A DNA stretch of 63,199 bases, the filler included, from Atractiella rhizophila (lineage: Eukaryota), in NCBI GenBank assembly GCA_021432655.1. It is 6 parts of 6 records of this genome, joined end to end, with 100 filler letters (N's around TTAATTAATTAA, not from the genome) between each part and the next. Parts side by side here need not be neighbours in the genome. Positions count along the whole stretch, not along the records: positions 32,809 to 49,077 come from MU271909.1; positions 49,178 to 56,483 come from MU271944.1; 4 more parts are not named here. One strand, 5' to 3'. This document shows positions 37,432 through 51,459 of this stretch, piece after piece; positions within the stretch are counted from its first letter, which is position 1; each line of letters starts with the position of its first letter. The translations under genes were made by a program, and so were the position numbers. The notes beneath the pieces were generated by a model. It did not search any database, was not told the origin of the DNA, and saw only the letters and a list, made by a program, of their open reading frames with translations.

Positions 37432-40193
37432 GATGGATTGCGGTGACGGGGAGGAGGGGGAGTGTTTGAGAGAACCAGAGCGAACGTGGGAGTGCGATAG
37501 CTACGGTGACCGCTGCTTGTCTATACCAACCAGAGCCCCCTACGAAATCACCCACAGCCAAAAAGAAAAAATCGATCATCGAAAACGATCTTCCCACTTA
37601 CATCTCACACATTTACAAAATTCTACTTGTTTTGTCGCCTTAATCATGATACGGACCTTTACCATCCGGTCTTCCATACATCCAATCCTGTCTTGTCTTG
37701 TAGAGTCGTTTGTTTGCTGAGCTCTTCGTCATACAAGTTAACATCGTCTTCTTTGCGTCTTGTGGTTTCGTTTGATTCGTCCTTCTCGTCTCGTCCGTCC
37801 TTTTTTTGATATTACTAGCTTGTGGAATCATGTCTCTTAATTAGATACCAGCATGCTGTTGTCCAATTACTTATCGAGTCTCCCAGTACAGATCTAGTCA
37901 GAATCGTTTAACGATTCGAGTATCCATATATCCAGATCGAATTTTCGTTACGTGCGATCACGTCATAACGGACCAGGAGGGACAACGCAGAGCCTCGCTG
38001 AAGCCGCCACCCTTGAAACGGTGAAGCTGATGACAGTAGATTGTACGATTTTGTTGGGACAGCATGACATGGGCTCCACCCTTCTCAACCACATCATGGC
38101 AGGACAGCAGATGTTGCATGTTGAATGATAATATGTGAAAAAGGGGTCTTCTTTCAACGAGAAAAAGAGCCTAAGCTAAGGTAAAGTGTTTCGACCTGAA
38201 TTTTCGTCACAAAGTAGGTAACGAGTAGTTCGGACGACCCTAACAATGCAATGCATATTTGGGATTTGTAAAATAAATGAAAAATGGAGAGTTCAGAAGA
38301 CTCTACTGCGAACCTAAGCCAAACAGTCAGCTAAGGCCAGACTTGAGATACAAGGTAATATGGCTTTGAAGATGGTCACAGTTGATCCCTGCAGCCAAAC
38401 GTGAGCGAGAAAATGAACTCCAAGCGAGAGGGACAGGTCTGGGATCCCGTCCAGCTGAAAAATTTTAAATAATTGCTTGGTTGAGTCAACAACAACCGTA
38501 TGAGGAGTGTGAGTCGCATAGATACGTATCCAGATCAAGTCACGCTGGACATGAATCGACCTCACTTTTACCTTGTCAAAAAGTCAGAGGCGGGTTTTGA
38601 ATTTGGTGACTAACATCTAACTGCATTATGTGTATGGACGTTCGAACGTTCAGCGAAGTTGTTTACGGAGCTCGCGCGTGATGTGATTGGTTTTTATACC
38701 AGGTGAACGCGCGCATGGCCATAAAAGCCAGGACGATGCAACGATGCACGAGGGTCGGACAGAGCACGTTCTACGGGCCATCATCCATTATTGAAGCATT
38801 CCATTGCTCTAAGAGGTGTAGAGGTAATATAGTCAGATAGGAAGAGCTAGGAAGAAACGGGTGTAAAGAGGAAAGAAGTGGAATCTGTTATATGTTCGTC
38901 ATTCTTTCTAGCACGTGCATGATGAGGTTGATGAGAATCAGATCATCCAGTTCTAACCTCCCATCAGCGCCTAGCTAGCTCTTACGGAGTGAGCGATATT
39001 ATACCCCCATTCGGTCTTCAAAGCAGTGTCCTAAACCCCCACAATCGCTCATACGAGAAAATCACGAACTTTTCCAGCTTTTAACGAATCTCAGACCTTC
39101 CCGTCACCGGACCAACTTCCTGAGAACATTTAGGATCGTCCCACAAGAGGTTCGTGCTCTCTTCTTGGGTTTTACTGTGTCTCGGCGTCTGTGGCCATCT
39201 TGTACGGAAATGCTGGGATTGTGCGAAATCTGTGAACGTGACGTACTTCAGCGGGAAGGCTGGGAACTCATGCTGTCTAGTTTGTCTCAGAGTGTGACCA
39301 GTCCCAAAGTCATATAAAACAGCAAAAGCTCGTTGTCCCGCCACCTTTACTCTAGGTCGATATACAGTTGACTCTGGCGTCCATTCTCTTACAATCTCTC
39401 TTTGAATCGTACTTCATTGGGGTGCTAATTTGTGTTCTTGGTCCACCTCTGTCGATCGTTGGTTATTCTCATCCGTTTCAGGCAAGGTACGCTTTCTTGT
39501 GGACCATCCGTGGCGCGGACAGAGTGGTCCTGACGTGCCTTTGTTTCCTCGATGTTGGAGTAGGCAGCAACATATCGATCACCGCTTTCGTTGATTCGCG
39601 ATCGACGGTCTCTTTGCAGATTATCCCTCCGTCGACGAACCACACAAGTGAGTCCAGTTCCATCTGCTTTGCATGGATAAACGGTCCTGGGTTGCTTTCC
39701 GTGCTCCCTGTTGGCGCGTTTCTGATTGGTGGCGCAAAATAAAGCGTCCCACTGTCGCGGACTTTTGATCCCTTGGCTTGTCGCTGGAAATTGTTTGTCC
39801 CTGTGTTTCGAGATACGTCACTTACGAACATTTCTGGCCTTTCATTTGATTTCCGAGCTGCAAACGCCTTGAGAATCGCGGTAAACTGGTTCGATGAAAG
39901 GCTCGGCTGTCCGGTAAGGCCGAGTTCAAAGTTCCGGGGTGCGAGTTGCTGTGTTGTGGAGCTCCACTACTTTGAAAGCCTTCCTGGTCACCTGGTCGCA
40001 GCGGGCAGGCTTTAAGCGATGATGTATTCCTGGCAAATTCGTCCGCTTATATACACCGTCGGTGAGAGTGGAGCGATTTCCCCCTTCGAATTCTTCATTA
40101 TATCTCTCCTGTATTCCCTTCATAGAGTCCCCCTTCTGACATTAGGCTTAATATCATTATTAGTACTTATTCCCGAGAGATTGTTGTGCTAAT

Positions 40194-42627
40194 ATGGATT
40201 ACTCTTCTTTCGCAGCAAGTTCCCAGTTTCCTGATATCGTCTTCCCCACTCCAAGGCCAAAGCAAGCTCAGTTGACAGAGTCCGACTTCTCGAACTTGAT
40301 CGACATCCTTACGCCTTCCTACCTTCCAGTCTCCGCATCGAACATGTCGACAACACCTCCTCACGCACAAAGCGTCAACGATTCTCAAGTCCCCCTCGTG
40401 CCATTTCCTCTTCAGGATTCCCAGTCCTCCACACTTTCTACATCCCCACCAACAACGATTAATCCCTCCGGCCATTGGAGTCGATCTCATTCTCAACCCA
40501 GCCTGTATGATCCTCAAATGTACAACACCCCTTATCCATACCATCAGGGAGGCGCTGTACGATTCAACACCCCCAATCATCACACTCGCCCTGGACTCGC
40601 AGCTTTCGTGGCGGAGAACAGTCTTTCTCCTTCCTCCACTGCCTCTTCGCCTGGCGCCGCTGGCGTCTTGACGCCTTTCGCTGGCCAATCTCCCTCCTAT
40701 CACAGCGATGGGTCTCCTCCAACCTCTCCTTTCTCTGCAGCCTTCCCTCATGCGAACTGTTCGACTGGAGAGCAGCCCCCGGTCCTCGGCCAATATCTCA
40801 ATGTCGGTGAAGCGGATGGTCATCGACAAGTTCAAAGGTCGTTGTCTTTCGGAAACATTCTTCCTCAGATCCAAGCACAACCTATTCCTTCCTCCTTGGA
40901 GCCACAAGTTGTAACTAGTCAATACCTCAACACCTCGGAGGCAGACATTCAACACCTCAACGCCCAAATGTCTCTCCCTCAGGAGAATGTCGGTTCTTCG
41001 TATCATCAACAGTTCCTCGCTCCTTCCCCTTTGAATGCCGGGCAATCATCTTACGGCTCCACAGAGCCATGGCCTCTACGAGCGAGTCCTGCTCCATCAT
41101 CCGAAGGCTCCTACTCCTCTCAATCCTCAGAATACGGAGGTCCATCAGACGGCTCGATCTATGCCGGGGATACTACAGGCAGCGAGGATCTTAGTAGCGA
41201 AGAGCTCAGCCGGATGATTGCGAGTATACGGGGAGCCAGCCTTCAGGAAGAGCATGCGCAGGAGACCTACGTCGATCCGAGAGTGATGTCAGCTAGTTTT
41301 GGAATAGCGGACTCCCTAGATCCGAGCTCGAAAGTCGTCCCACAGGATCCTGAATCAGGTTACCCTGATCTGATGCAAGGATATCAGTTTTTGTCCTCCT
41401 TGGCTACTCCGTCGTCGTCGGTTCCGATACAGTACCCCGTTGCGACTGCAGGTCAGAGCGTCGAATGGAATGCAGGATTTAGCGATCCGACCCCTAGAGT
41501 TACACAAGGTGCCTTTATGCCCATGCCGTACTCCGTTTATTACCTCCCCAATGGTACTGCCGTAGCCGCGGTCAACTACACTCAAACACCTCAAACACAG
41601 GCCTCTACCTTGGACGGTATTCCCTTGGATGAGATTCATACCGGCTACATCAGTCACGTCAGGGAACAGACAATGAGAACTTTGAGGGGCACGTCAGTCT
41701 TGTCGATGGATCAGCATGATGGAACCCTGAGAGGTACCCAACCTTCTGCTGAAGACAATGAGGGTAGTACGATGAGGAAAAATAAGAAGTCGAAGGCAAG
41801 AAAGTCGTTGGCGGATGCCTTTGGCAGCGATGCGGATGCGGATGGCGAAACAGAGGAGGAAGAAGAAGAAGAAGCATTGTCGATAGGATTGAAGGATCAA
41901 CTGAAACACATCTCTCAGTCTGAAGATGACGAAAAGCCATCGCGACAGAAGAGGTCGAGCTCAGCCGCCCGTCCTCAAGGTTCGAGGAAGATATCATACG
42001 CTCCTGAGCCCTCCGAAGTGCGAGGTCGTAAACCGCCTCGACTCACGGACGTAGAATTCGTCGGAGCGGTCGACCCAGACACAGGGGAAGTGCTCCCCAC
42101 TCTTACCTTCACCAATGACGGAACAGGACCTACCTGCGGCGGCATGCAAGCCCTGACGGCCTGGCATGGCTTCACGCCAAAGACCGGAAAGCTGATGAAG
42201 TGGTTTGGATGTGCTGGATCTCATAAAGAGTGTAGGAAGGTGTTTAGGAGGAGTGAGCATTGGAAGCGCCACGTAAGGTCTGTTCATCTCATGGAGAAAC
42301 GTGAGTACTCCTTTTCTCACGCTTCTTGATCAAGACGCTGAATCGAATACTGCTATAGCGTTCGAATGTTTACATCCCGGCTGTGGGAAGTTCTTTTCTC
42401 GGGGTGATAACTTCAAGTCCGCTCTTCCCTTACCGAAGAGCACTGTCACTAATTGTGAGAGCAGACAACACTTGAAGATCCATCGTTGCAGCGACAACTG
42501 CTGCGCTGCAGTCAACACCAGCAGTCGACGTACCAACCAAGAATCGGGGGCGGCTCTGAAGAGGAAGAAGAAAGCCCCCGTACGTGAGAAGGACGACGAC
42601 GACTTCGTTTATTCGGAAGATCATTGA
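40194..42627 (+). CDS. C2H2 zinc-finger transcription factor (two C-terminal fingers)
   Basis: 711-aa Ser/Pro/Gln-rich exon, then FGC....ECRKVFRRSEHWKRHVRSVH..EK and FECLHPGCGKFFSRGDNF.QHLKIH. Confidence 0.92.
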
Positions 42628-43454
42628 AGGCGCCTCGAAGACGATTATCAATATTTAACGACTATCTAAGGCTCGATTTCCGAGTTCTCAACCCGCAAAG
42701 TGTCTTCACAATATTCCACTTTCGATAAGTACGATAAACGCTCGATGGCCGATGGACATAGACATCCTTGGACAACGAAGCTCCCCTTTCGTCTTTAATT
42801 ACCTGTCTGTCAACATGCAAGACATCAATTCTCAACCCCAATTATCAGCAACACTTATCCACTTCCACCATCCGCATTTGTTTGGAGGATTTATTTTCTT
42901 CAGCTTGACGAACGTAAAGCCTGTTTGTATCATTCTTATCCCTTGATTTGTATCCCTAATCTCTACCTGATCAAATAGGTTTCACGTTGTGGAAGATTTG
43001 TATTATCAGTTACTCATCGTCCTATTTTGCTTTTCTCTCTAAGTTCCTTCTTTTGTCGCCTTTAAAAAGGACTTTATACTTTTAAGATTCTCCTCGTCGC
43101 ACAACTATTTCAGTTGCAACTTCTTCGTTTGTTCAAAACACTTCTGATCGTTTCTTCCCACGTCTCCAACTTCACTTGATAAGTCCCATTTTCTGTCGCA
43201 GGTTTGTTGTGTTTCTTTCGGTCGTGTCCAGAACGACAGTGAATGAAGTGCAGAGTTGTTTCCTTGATTAAATGTTCGTTTCTTGTTTGGTTTCCGTCAT
43301 ACAATAAATTGCCATCGTATCCAAGTTGGAATAAACAAATGATTCCTCCTATTTGTCTTATACTTCGCTCATGCAATGAATGTGAGGAAGCACAGGAATA
43401 TATCTTAATTTCTTATCGGTAATGATACAATGCTTGAATGCACCTTGACTTGAT

Positions 43455-45153
43455 TCACCACTCTCTGAACTCCCCTTCTCGCTTGCTCCTGAATCCAGGA
43501 TTATACCACTCCTTCTCCCTCTTCATCCACTCCTTCGCTGCTTCCCTCACCTTCTCTTCATCGATCTCAACACCCAACCCTTTCCCCGAAGGGATCTCAA
43601 CGTAGCCATCCGTCACCTTGAACACTTCAGGGTTCTTGATATATGTCTCCAAGTCGGCGCCAACGTTATAATGAATCTTGAGACTCATTTCTTGGATCGC
43701 AAACTACAATGAGGGCAATGTTTCGTTGGTATAAGAGCAGCCTGGAAGGAGGGAACACGTACGTTCATGGAAACAGCGTCAACGTGTATGGACGCTGCGA
43801 GAGAGAGAGGACCGTTGGGACAGTGAGGTGCGAAAGCCACATCGAAGGCTTCTGCAAGTGTTGCTATCCGTCGAAGTTCGCTGATTCCTGCTCTCGCCCG
43901 TCAGTGTCACGTCAAGAGCAAGATGAAACTCTCTGCGTACCTCCGACATGTGAGACGTCCGGTTGGACAATATCCACTGCGCCGGCAATGAGGTACGGAA
44001 GAAAGTCTTCACGTCTATACAGTCGCTCACCAACTAGACATTTTCTTCGTCAGCAAGAAGGAATCGACGCTTGGGAAGCGTACGGGCAATTGGGGTGGAG
44101 ACGAGGGATTTGATGAGTTTCAAATTCTCAATGTTGGAGGTTGAGGGTAGCAGTGGTTCTTCAATGAAAAGTGGAGTGTGCTCCTCCAAGATCTTCGCTA
44201 GCTGCCTAGCCATTGGTGCATGGATACGCCCATGGAAGTCTACATCCTCGTTAGCAACAGGTTGCTCCATCAAACCTGATACGGGAGACGAACCCATGCC
44301 AGCATCGAGGCCCAAAGCACGAACGTTCTTCAGTCGCTCAGCCGATGAAGCGAGGGCAAGAGGAGAGTCAAGCCATCCCATGTCTTCCGTCGCGTTCATC
44401 TATTCCATCACCATCAGTTTATTAGGCCATGGCACGACGAAGCTCCAAAAGCGAACCTTGACGGCTGTAAACCCTGCTTCCTTGCGTTCTTTTGCCATCC
44501 GCTCCACGTCTCCAGGTCGATCTCCACCTATCCATCCCTTCACCTCGCTTTAGGTCTCTCCTTTTTTGAAAGGAACAGTTTGGGCTTACGTAAACCTTCA
44601 GGCGTTCCCTCACACCTCCACCAAGCAGGGAATGGATAGGTACTCCCAATCTCTTGCCCTTGATATCCCAAAGCGCAATATCTACGCCGGAAAGCGCTGC
44701 AAGTAGAGCCGTTTGGGGACGGTAAAAGCTTTACATCCCCGCGGTCAGTTTAGCCTTACTATCTCTTCTGCAGAGAAAACGCTTACGCAGAACGCGTCGC
44801 GACTTGCCAGATATCCTCGATGCCGTCTACCGGAAAGCCTTCAAATTGACCCTTGAGAGAGGCGACGGCGCCAAGAACTGCAGAGGTTGCCCTGTTCCCC
44901 ACTGTCTCATTACTAATTGATGTGTTGAGGAGGGATGTCAACAAACCCTTCCAATGTTCCCTCTCCCCAACCAACTATTCCTTCGCTATCTTCTACTCTG
45001 TTACACACAGCATCAGCAATTCGACATGAAAGGGTTTGATTCGTGAGCAGAGAAAAAAGTAACTAACCGGACAAATACCCATCGTGGTGCAACTGGAAAG
45101 GCATCGATGGATTTGATGGTTGGTCCTTTGATTTTCAGAGGCGTGAGAGACAT
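43455..45153 (-). CDS. dgoD: D-galactonate dehydratase-like (mandelate racemase/enolase superfamily), many introns
   Basis: [103 protein letters not shown]. Confidence 0.9.
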
Positions 45154-45553
45154 ATTGATTTAAGTACCGGGGGTAAACCAAGAAGCTGAATCTGTGAGAG
45201 AGATGGAGGTGGGAAAAGGTGAAGAAGAATTGGCATTTATAAGGCGAAGATGGAGGAGTGCGGGCTCAGGGCCGCATCTCGGAACAAATTCGTGGGGGAC
45301 TCAGGCACAAATTTGCAAGCGTGGTGCCTGCCTTGGGATGTCGAAATGAAGCGAGCAAGAGGACACGTAGCTGGCAGTATTGAGACAATAGGAATGGATA
45401 ATTAATGTGTTGAAAGAGCACAGTAGTTGGACAACACAGAATACCAATCCGAATCCCTTGACCAACAACAATAAATGCACTCACTCTTAAACCAGCCACA
45501 GTCTTCTCTTCTACACTTCCATTCCTTGTACTACGCAAGAACGCAGAAAGACA

Positions 45554-46146
45554 CTAATCATCGTCCTCCTCTTCATCGTCGTCCTTCTTCTTTCCCTTCG
45601 CGTTCGCGTCTTCCTCATCGTCTTCTTCCTCCTCCTCTTCGCCTCCCTCCTTTCAGGTATTCAGTGCTCACTTAAACGCCTAAGTAAATGGGACATACAT
45701 TATCGTCTTCCTCATCATCATCTTCAACCGCCGACTCAGGGTCTTTAGAAAAGTCAATGACCTTTCCACCTTTGAATTTCGAATATTCCATTTAACTTGA
45801 GCTCTTCAAGACAGAGAGAACTTACGCGTCCTTCTACCTCCTCTAATATTCAAGCGTCAAAGCGTGCACCTGGAGCAGAAGAACATAACGCACTCTATGA
45901 TATTCGCTGTGTCAATTTCTGCCAGGTCGTCTTCCACCTCTACCGCCTCTCATTACTACTTTTCCATACCTAGCAAGAGAAAGCAAACCGGATTCTTCGT
46001 CTTCTTCATCCACGTCATTTTTGGCCCTGCAACCGCCAAACGCGTCAATTCATTTTGGCAAGTTGTGGTTCAATGTAAACGTACTTTTTGGGTTCAGTAT
46101 CTTCAAGATCCTCCTCAGCCTTGCGTTTTGTGCTTGGTTCAGACAT
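45554..46146 (-). CDS. CHZ1: Histone H2A.Z chaperone Chz1-like acidic protein (about six short exons; absent from ORF track)
   Basis: Splicing at GT-AG sites gives MSEPSTKRK...DDLAEIDTANIIEGGRRTRGGKVIDF...acidic tail, i.e. the CHZ motif. Confidence 0.85.
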
Positions 46147-46377
46147 AATTGAGGTTTGCGGTATAAGACGAATCTGAAGAAGAACCCAAGAAGCCGAGTG
46201 AGTGAAGGACAGAAGTCTAACAGTCGACGTTAACTCTGAGTCTGGAACGTTGAGGGTTGATGCGAGCTGATGAGGCTAACAAACAGATCACGTGCTGTTC
46301 CTCATTCTGTGCAATTGAGGAACTAGTTGGAGTAACGCTGCATTTTTGGTAGCTCTGCGGTGTTGTCTCTTGTCAAG

Positions 46378-47459
46378 ATGTTGGGAATGTTCCGCTCGCT
46401 CGTAGCGCCGTCTGGGCCAAAAATCACAGCACAAGACCGCGCCATACTTTCGTTCGTCTTCAGGCTCTCATTCTTCATCTTCATATCGCTTCATTCATTC
46501 CACACTACGTAGGCTTAAAGTGCAGCGGGACAAGCTCAAGCAATACCAGAAGCAAGTTCGTTTGCTGGCCTTTCTGCTCAGCTCAACTTTTGATTCTATG
46601 CTGCATTGTGACAGATAGAGGCGGTTTTGAATCGGGAACAAGAGATTGCAAAGATCGCCCTCAAGGAGGGGAAGAAGGATAAGGCTCTCACCGCATTACG
46701 ACGGAGGAAGTATCAGGAGTCACTTTTGTCGAAAACAGATACCCAGCTGGAGACGCTTCAAAACCTTGTTCGTCCCCCATTTATTTCATCTATCCTTCTT
46801 GAATACTGCGCTGATCGGTCTTGCCACGGTGCAGGTGTCGAGTATCGAGTTTGCGCTCATCGAGAAGGACGTCATGTTTGGTTTGCAGCAGGGGAACGAC
46901 GTGTTGAAGGAGTTGAATAAAGAGCTGTCCATTGAGAAGGTCGAGAAATTGATGGACGATACTGCCGAGGCGATTGCGTATCAGCGGGTGAGTGACACTT
47001 CCGTCGACCGTCTCGATCTCTGCTATGATGCTGATTTGCGAGTAAACAGGAAGTGGATGAACTCCTGTCAAGTAAAATTACCGCTGATGAGGAGGATGAG
47101 ATCCAGCGGGAGCTTGCCGCTTTGGAGGCTGAGGAGGTGCGCAGCGTCATCCTCTCTTTTGTCCGAACAGACAGGTGGGACTGACGATGTTTGTTGGTGG
47201 TAGATAAAAAGCCGCCTTCCAAATTTGCCTCAAGACCTACCCACTCCGCCAACACCAGTCCGACAGGAACCAATCGAGCAAGTGCACGAAGGCAGGTTCT
47301 TTCCCTTCTTTCACAAGAAAATATTCTAAGCAAGGACTTGTGTAGATGCCGCCGAACCAGAACCAGCACCAGGTAGATCATTTTCTCATTTCCTGTTGGA
47401 ATTAAAGTTGACAAATGACGGTAGAACGGCAAAGGGAGAGAACGGCCATGCTCGCTTGA
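46378..47459 (+). CDS. VPS20: ESCRT-III subunit Vps20/CHMP6 (Snf7 family)
   Basis: KITAQDRAIL.LKVQRDKLKQYQK, ALTALRRRKYQESLLSKTDTQLETL, SSIEFALIEKDV..GLQQGN.VLK. Confidence 0.93.
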
Positions 47460-49077
47460 TGGTTTAGCAATTTATTATTGTATATGTTTCCGATTCAGTG
47501 CAGTTGTCTGTCATTGCATTTATCTTTACCAACTTGACCATTCGAGCGGTCCCCGCCGGAGCATCGAGAAACTTTCACCTCATCATCATCATATCTTGCG
47601 TCCCTTCTCCTTCATCTAGTTCTCGTCATGAGGTTGAAGGTCGATTCGTAGTGCTGGATCATCCTCTAGTCTGGCTTGGTTTGTAATAATCGGTATAAAC
47701 TTCTGCTACAGCAAGTTAATGAGCCACACACCTGGATGGATGATCCAGGCGTGTGTTGCACTTAGACATTTGTTTGAGGGAGCAAATCCAATTCTACGGC
47801 CGTCAGCTGGTTTCTTTGATGGTTTCTGGCGTGTTTTTGGGCCCAGACATCGATAACGCCCCTAGAGACGGAACACGGAAAACATAATGAGCGTTTTCGA
47901 GGAGGAGGGCTTCCGATATGACCGTGGTGGGGAAGGGGTTTCTTGCTTCTTCAAGGTCGACTCCGTCCTTCTGTTAACTCAGCCATCGAACGATCATTCT
48001 TCGACTTGCCTTCATATGACGATCATCCCATTAGACCAGGGCAGAGAAGGTGTTCAACTGGCTTCCATTGACTGTGTTCTAGAAGCTTTTTCAGCTCAAG
48101 CTTGGCCCAAGAGCCAACCTTGTTGCTCATCTACTTCAATGCCTTCACCTTGCTCACTTCCGTTTTCCCGGGTTGATCGACCATCCTGTGTCCAAATTAG
48201 AGGATTGGTAAGCCGTGGCTACCGTAACACGACTGACCAAGGTCATCACACATGCAGGCCAATCCCAGAGGACACAAGAAGACCTGAGATCATGGAGAGA
48301 TGAGACTCAGAAAGTTGCTGCAAACGATGGAGTTCGATGGAGTTGTCACAATCTGAGCGAAAATGCAAAGATTTGTTTGGATATGCGCAGCCACAGATAG
48401 GGTTCCGCGACCGGTCATTGAAGCTAAATTTTATTTGGTCCCTTGTTGGCCCATAAAAAGGGTCCACGGAATCGACCACCTTCCCTCTGCTCCAATTCAA
48501 CTCAGAAAGCACATAAGATGTCGATGAGAAAACGCTCAAACTCGAATTCTGGCGTCAAACGCATCACGCAAGGGAATAGAAATATTGGTGCGGCGGACGA
48601 CGACGACGTGGTGGCTAGCGGGAGTGGAGGTAGGAAGAAGAAGAAAGGCGCGGATGGAGAGGAAAAGGATAGAGAGAATTATAGATATGTCAAAGTGCCT
48701 CAATTCTGGGGAAGCGAGAGGCAGAATGTGTGAGTATCTCTTCTCGTGCGGTGGGGTGGAAGGTAGGAAGGTTTGGAAACATTCGATTTGTGGACTCTTC
48801 TTCCTTCATCGCGTGCTTTTCTTATGATGCGCATCCAATCCGAACGAGGCAATTATACGAACAGATTGGCTTGTTTTGAACTTGAAGTGTTCTCTCCTCA
48901 TGTCCAAACGAGAAGGAGATTTGTTTTGTTTACAGATTTCGCCCTTTCAATAACAGCGGAGAAGGCAAGTTGGGGTTCCAGAGGCGTTCAAATGTTTACG
49001 CCTCCAACGATCGCGACATGCGGTCAAAGACGCGCATTGTATCGCGAAAGTTCGCAGTGGGTGAGGACGCGCTGCGC

Positions 49078-49177
49078 NNNNNNNNNNNNNNNNNNNNNNN
49101 NNNNNNNNNNNNNNNNNNNNNTTAATTAATTAANNNNNNNNNNNNNNNNNNNNNNNNNNNNNNNNNNNNNNNNNNNN
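49078..49177. other. Artificial contig linker
   Basis: N44-TTAATTAATTAA-N44. Confidence 0.98.
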
Positions 49178-50200
49178 ACCGTAGAATAGCAACAGGAGCA
49201 TTGCATTCGATCCATCCATCATTCTGACCTACGTTAATCAGCATCAGGTTCAATCGCGACTTCATGGCCAGCAACGAGCACCGCCAGATTTTTCTCGACG
49301 GCGACGACAGGGTGGTGAAAATCGGCGTTCATTCCAACTTGGATTTACGTGAACAGTCAGTGTTGCAGTGCCGTCTCGATTTGCCAGACGGCACAGGCGA
49401 TCAGCTTGAATGACAATGAACAAACTTACACGGGCGATTGTGCGTTAGCAAAGTTTGTACTGTTCTTATCTGGCATGGGAGTCCTGAAGAACTGTTGGGG
49501 ATACAAGGATCTTTGATTCCGGAAAGATCCTTTCCTAATTTTCTTGTCTTTCTCTGTTCAATTCGATCGCGGGTTTGGGATGCCTTCTGCCTTCTGCGCG
49601 CACCTGCCTGGATTTCTGGACAGGTATCGTCAGATCCCCAAGTCGGATCGAGTTGACGGGCGAACATATTGTGCATCAGCTGCGAAGACCGCAGCGAGGG
49701 CTTCGCACCCTTTCCATCGCATCGAGTTTATCGACGCTGGAATTTAGAAAGCCCATCAGGGAATGATCTGGATTCAGTGTGAAGAAGGTGCCGAGTTGGC
49801 TCGCTTCCTTATTTCGTGGGCCTAATGGAGAAGATGCTCGTGCCTTGTTCGCTCCCTTTCCCTTTCAGCTGCCTTGGCTTGTTCACCATCTGTACCTTGC
49901 CTACCAGTTCGGCGGCCTAGCAATGCTTCCGTTGTTGGCTTCCGAATTGCATCGCTCGTGATAATTCGCACACGTGTCTTCCCCATCTTCGTAGCTCGTT
50001 GGCATGAAACAGCCAACCCGTTTGGTAATCTCATGCGTTTGAGCCAGTTTGTCGGATGCACTTTTGCTTTCTTTCATGTTCGATCGAGTGTTTCGATCAA
50101 CAATTATAAAAGAGTCTTCTCATCCCTTCCGTCTCCATCAGAGCACGAATAATCCTTTGATCGCCACCAATTCTTTCACATTCTTGCATTCTCAATAAAC

Positions 50201-51029
50201 ATGAAATCACAAACACCAGAACAAATTGCTAGCACCTCGCAGACCCCTTCACCTCCTTCCTCCGCGGTATCGACGACCGCTCCGAAAAAACAGAACAAGA
50301 CCAAGATTACTCGTAACAGGAAGTATTTGGCTTGTGATGTTGGTCTTTCCTCTTCGTCCCCCTCCAGTTCTCATAATGCTATTTGTCACCCGTTAGGCGT
50401 GCCGTAAATGGAGGAGGAAGTGCGAGAAGGAGAGTGAGATGGACAAATGCAAGGGTTGCAGTGACAGGGAGATCTGGTATGCTTCTTTCACAGGTATCAG
50501 CCCCCTTTCTCACTTGGTTGTACAGCTGCGAAACCACCTATGTCCGTAAACCTCGATCAAGTGATAAAGTGACAAAACAAGCCGAGGCTGTCAAGTGTGT
50601 CCTCACTAGCTTTTCGGCTTCGATGTTGATCGTCAATGGACACCATAGATTCCTTTCTCAGCCTCCCAACTCCGTCAACGCGTTATACCCTTCGTGGGGT
50701 ATGCCTTTTCCCGTCTACCCACAAGCCATGCGAGCACCCATTTTCCCTCCGTTCCCACTGGACAACCGTCTGAACGATCAAAGTTTGGTCGGCTCTATTC
50801 CACCTCCGTTGCTTGAACGTGAGTTTTCAACTCGAAATCCAAGGCGACTACTCACTGTCTCGTAGACTTCCAATTGACATCTGCTCTACAATCCCACGTT
50901 CAAAACGCATACCCAGTCTCATACGATATGCTACGTCTGCCTAGTCTTCCGGAAGACGTCAAACCGCCGTTACCCACCGTTTCTGCTGCACATATTCCGT
51001 ATCATTTGGTCAATGCCAACGGCTTTTGA
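50201..51029 (+). CDS. Short Zn(II)2Cys6 protein with Pro-rich C-terminus, no middle homology region
   Basis: Spliced RKYLACDACRKWRRKCEKESEMDKCKGCSDRDL.CET gives C-x2-C-x6-C-x8-C-x2-C-x6-C. TATAAAA at ~50105. Confidence 0.8.
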
Positions 51030-51459
51030 TCCTCACCGTGATTGTATGTTTGTTTCTTTGGCACCGTTTGTAGACATCATTGTTCGACTTTAGAGGACTT
51101 GAGATTTTTTCAATTCCGTGCCCATATGCCTTCTGTTTCTAATTGCGCATGAAAAAATATTTCAACTCGTTGTAATTAATGGCCCCATGACTGCTTAAAT
51201 AATATTGTTGATTCCCTGGTGAATTGATGCTCACATTGAACATTAATAGTCTAGTGTTCTTCCCTCGGATGTTATATACTTCCTCTAACTCACAGTACTC
51301 CTTCCCTAACGATCTCCACCCCTCCTTAACTTGCTTTCCAATCGTCATCCATGAATCACCCTCTAGTCACTGTTCCTCGCTTGTCTCCTGACCCTGATTT
51401 CCGACAGAATCGAGGTCGATACCTAATCCCAAGGATCCCAAACTCAAAGCGGACTTCCC

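Noticed and set aside
37901..37917. Short perfect palindrome GAATCGTT-T-AACGATTC
   Set aside because: Isolated 8-bp arms with no associated element or repeat copy; plausible by chance in 63 kb.
45688..45795. 35-aa plus-strand ORF starting MGHTLS (myristoylation-like)
   Set aside because: Antisense to the CHZ1 exons, which explain the sequence better.
47500..49077. Several short plus-strand ORFs
   Set aside because: Could not assemble a convincing spliced model or recognise a domain.
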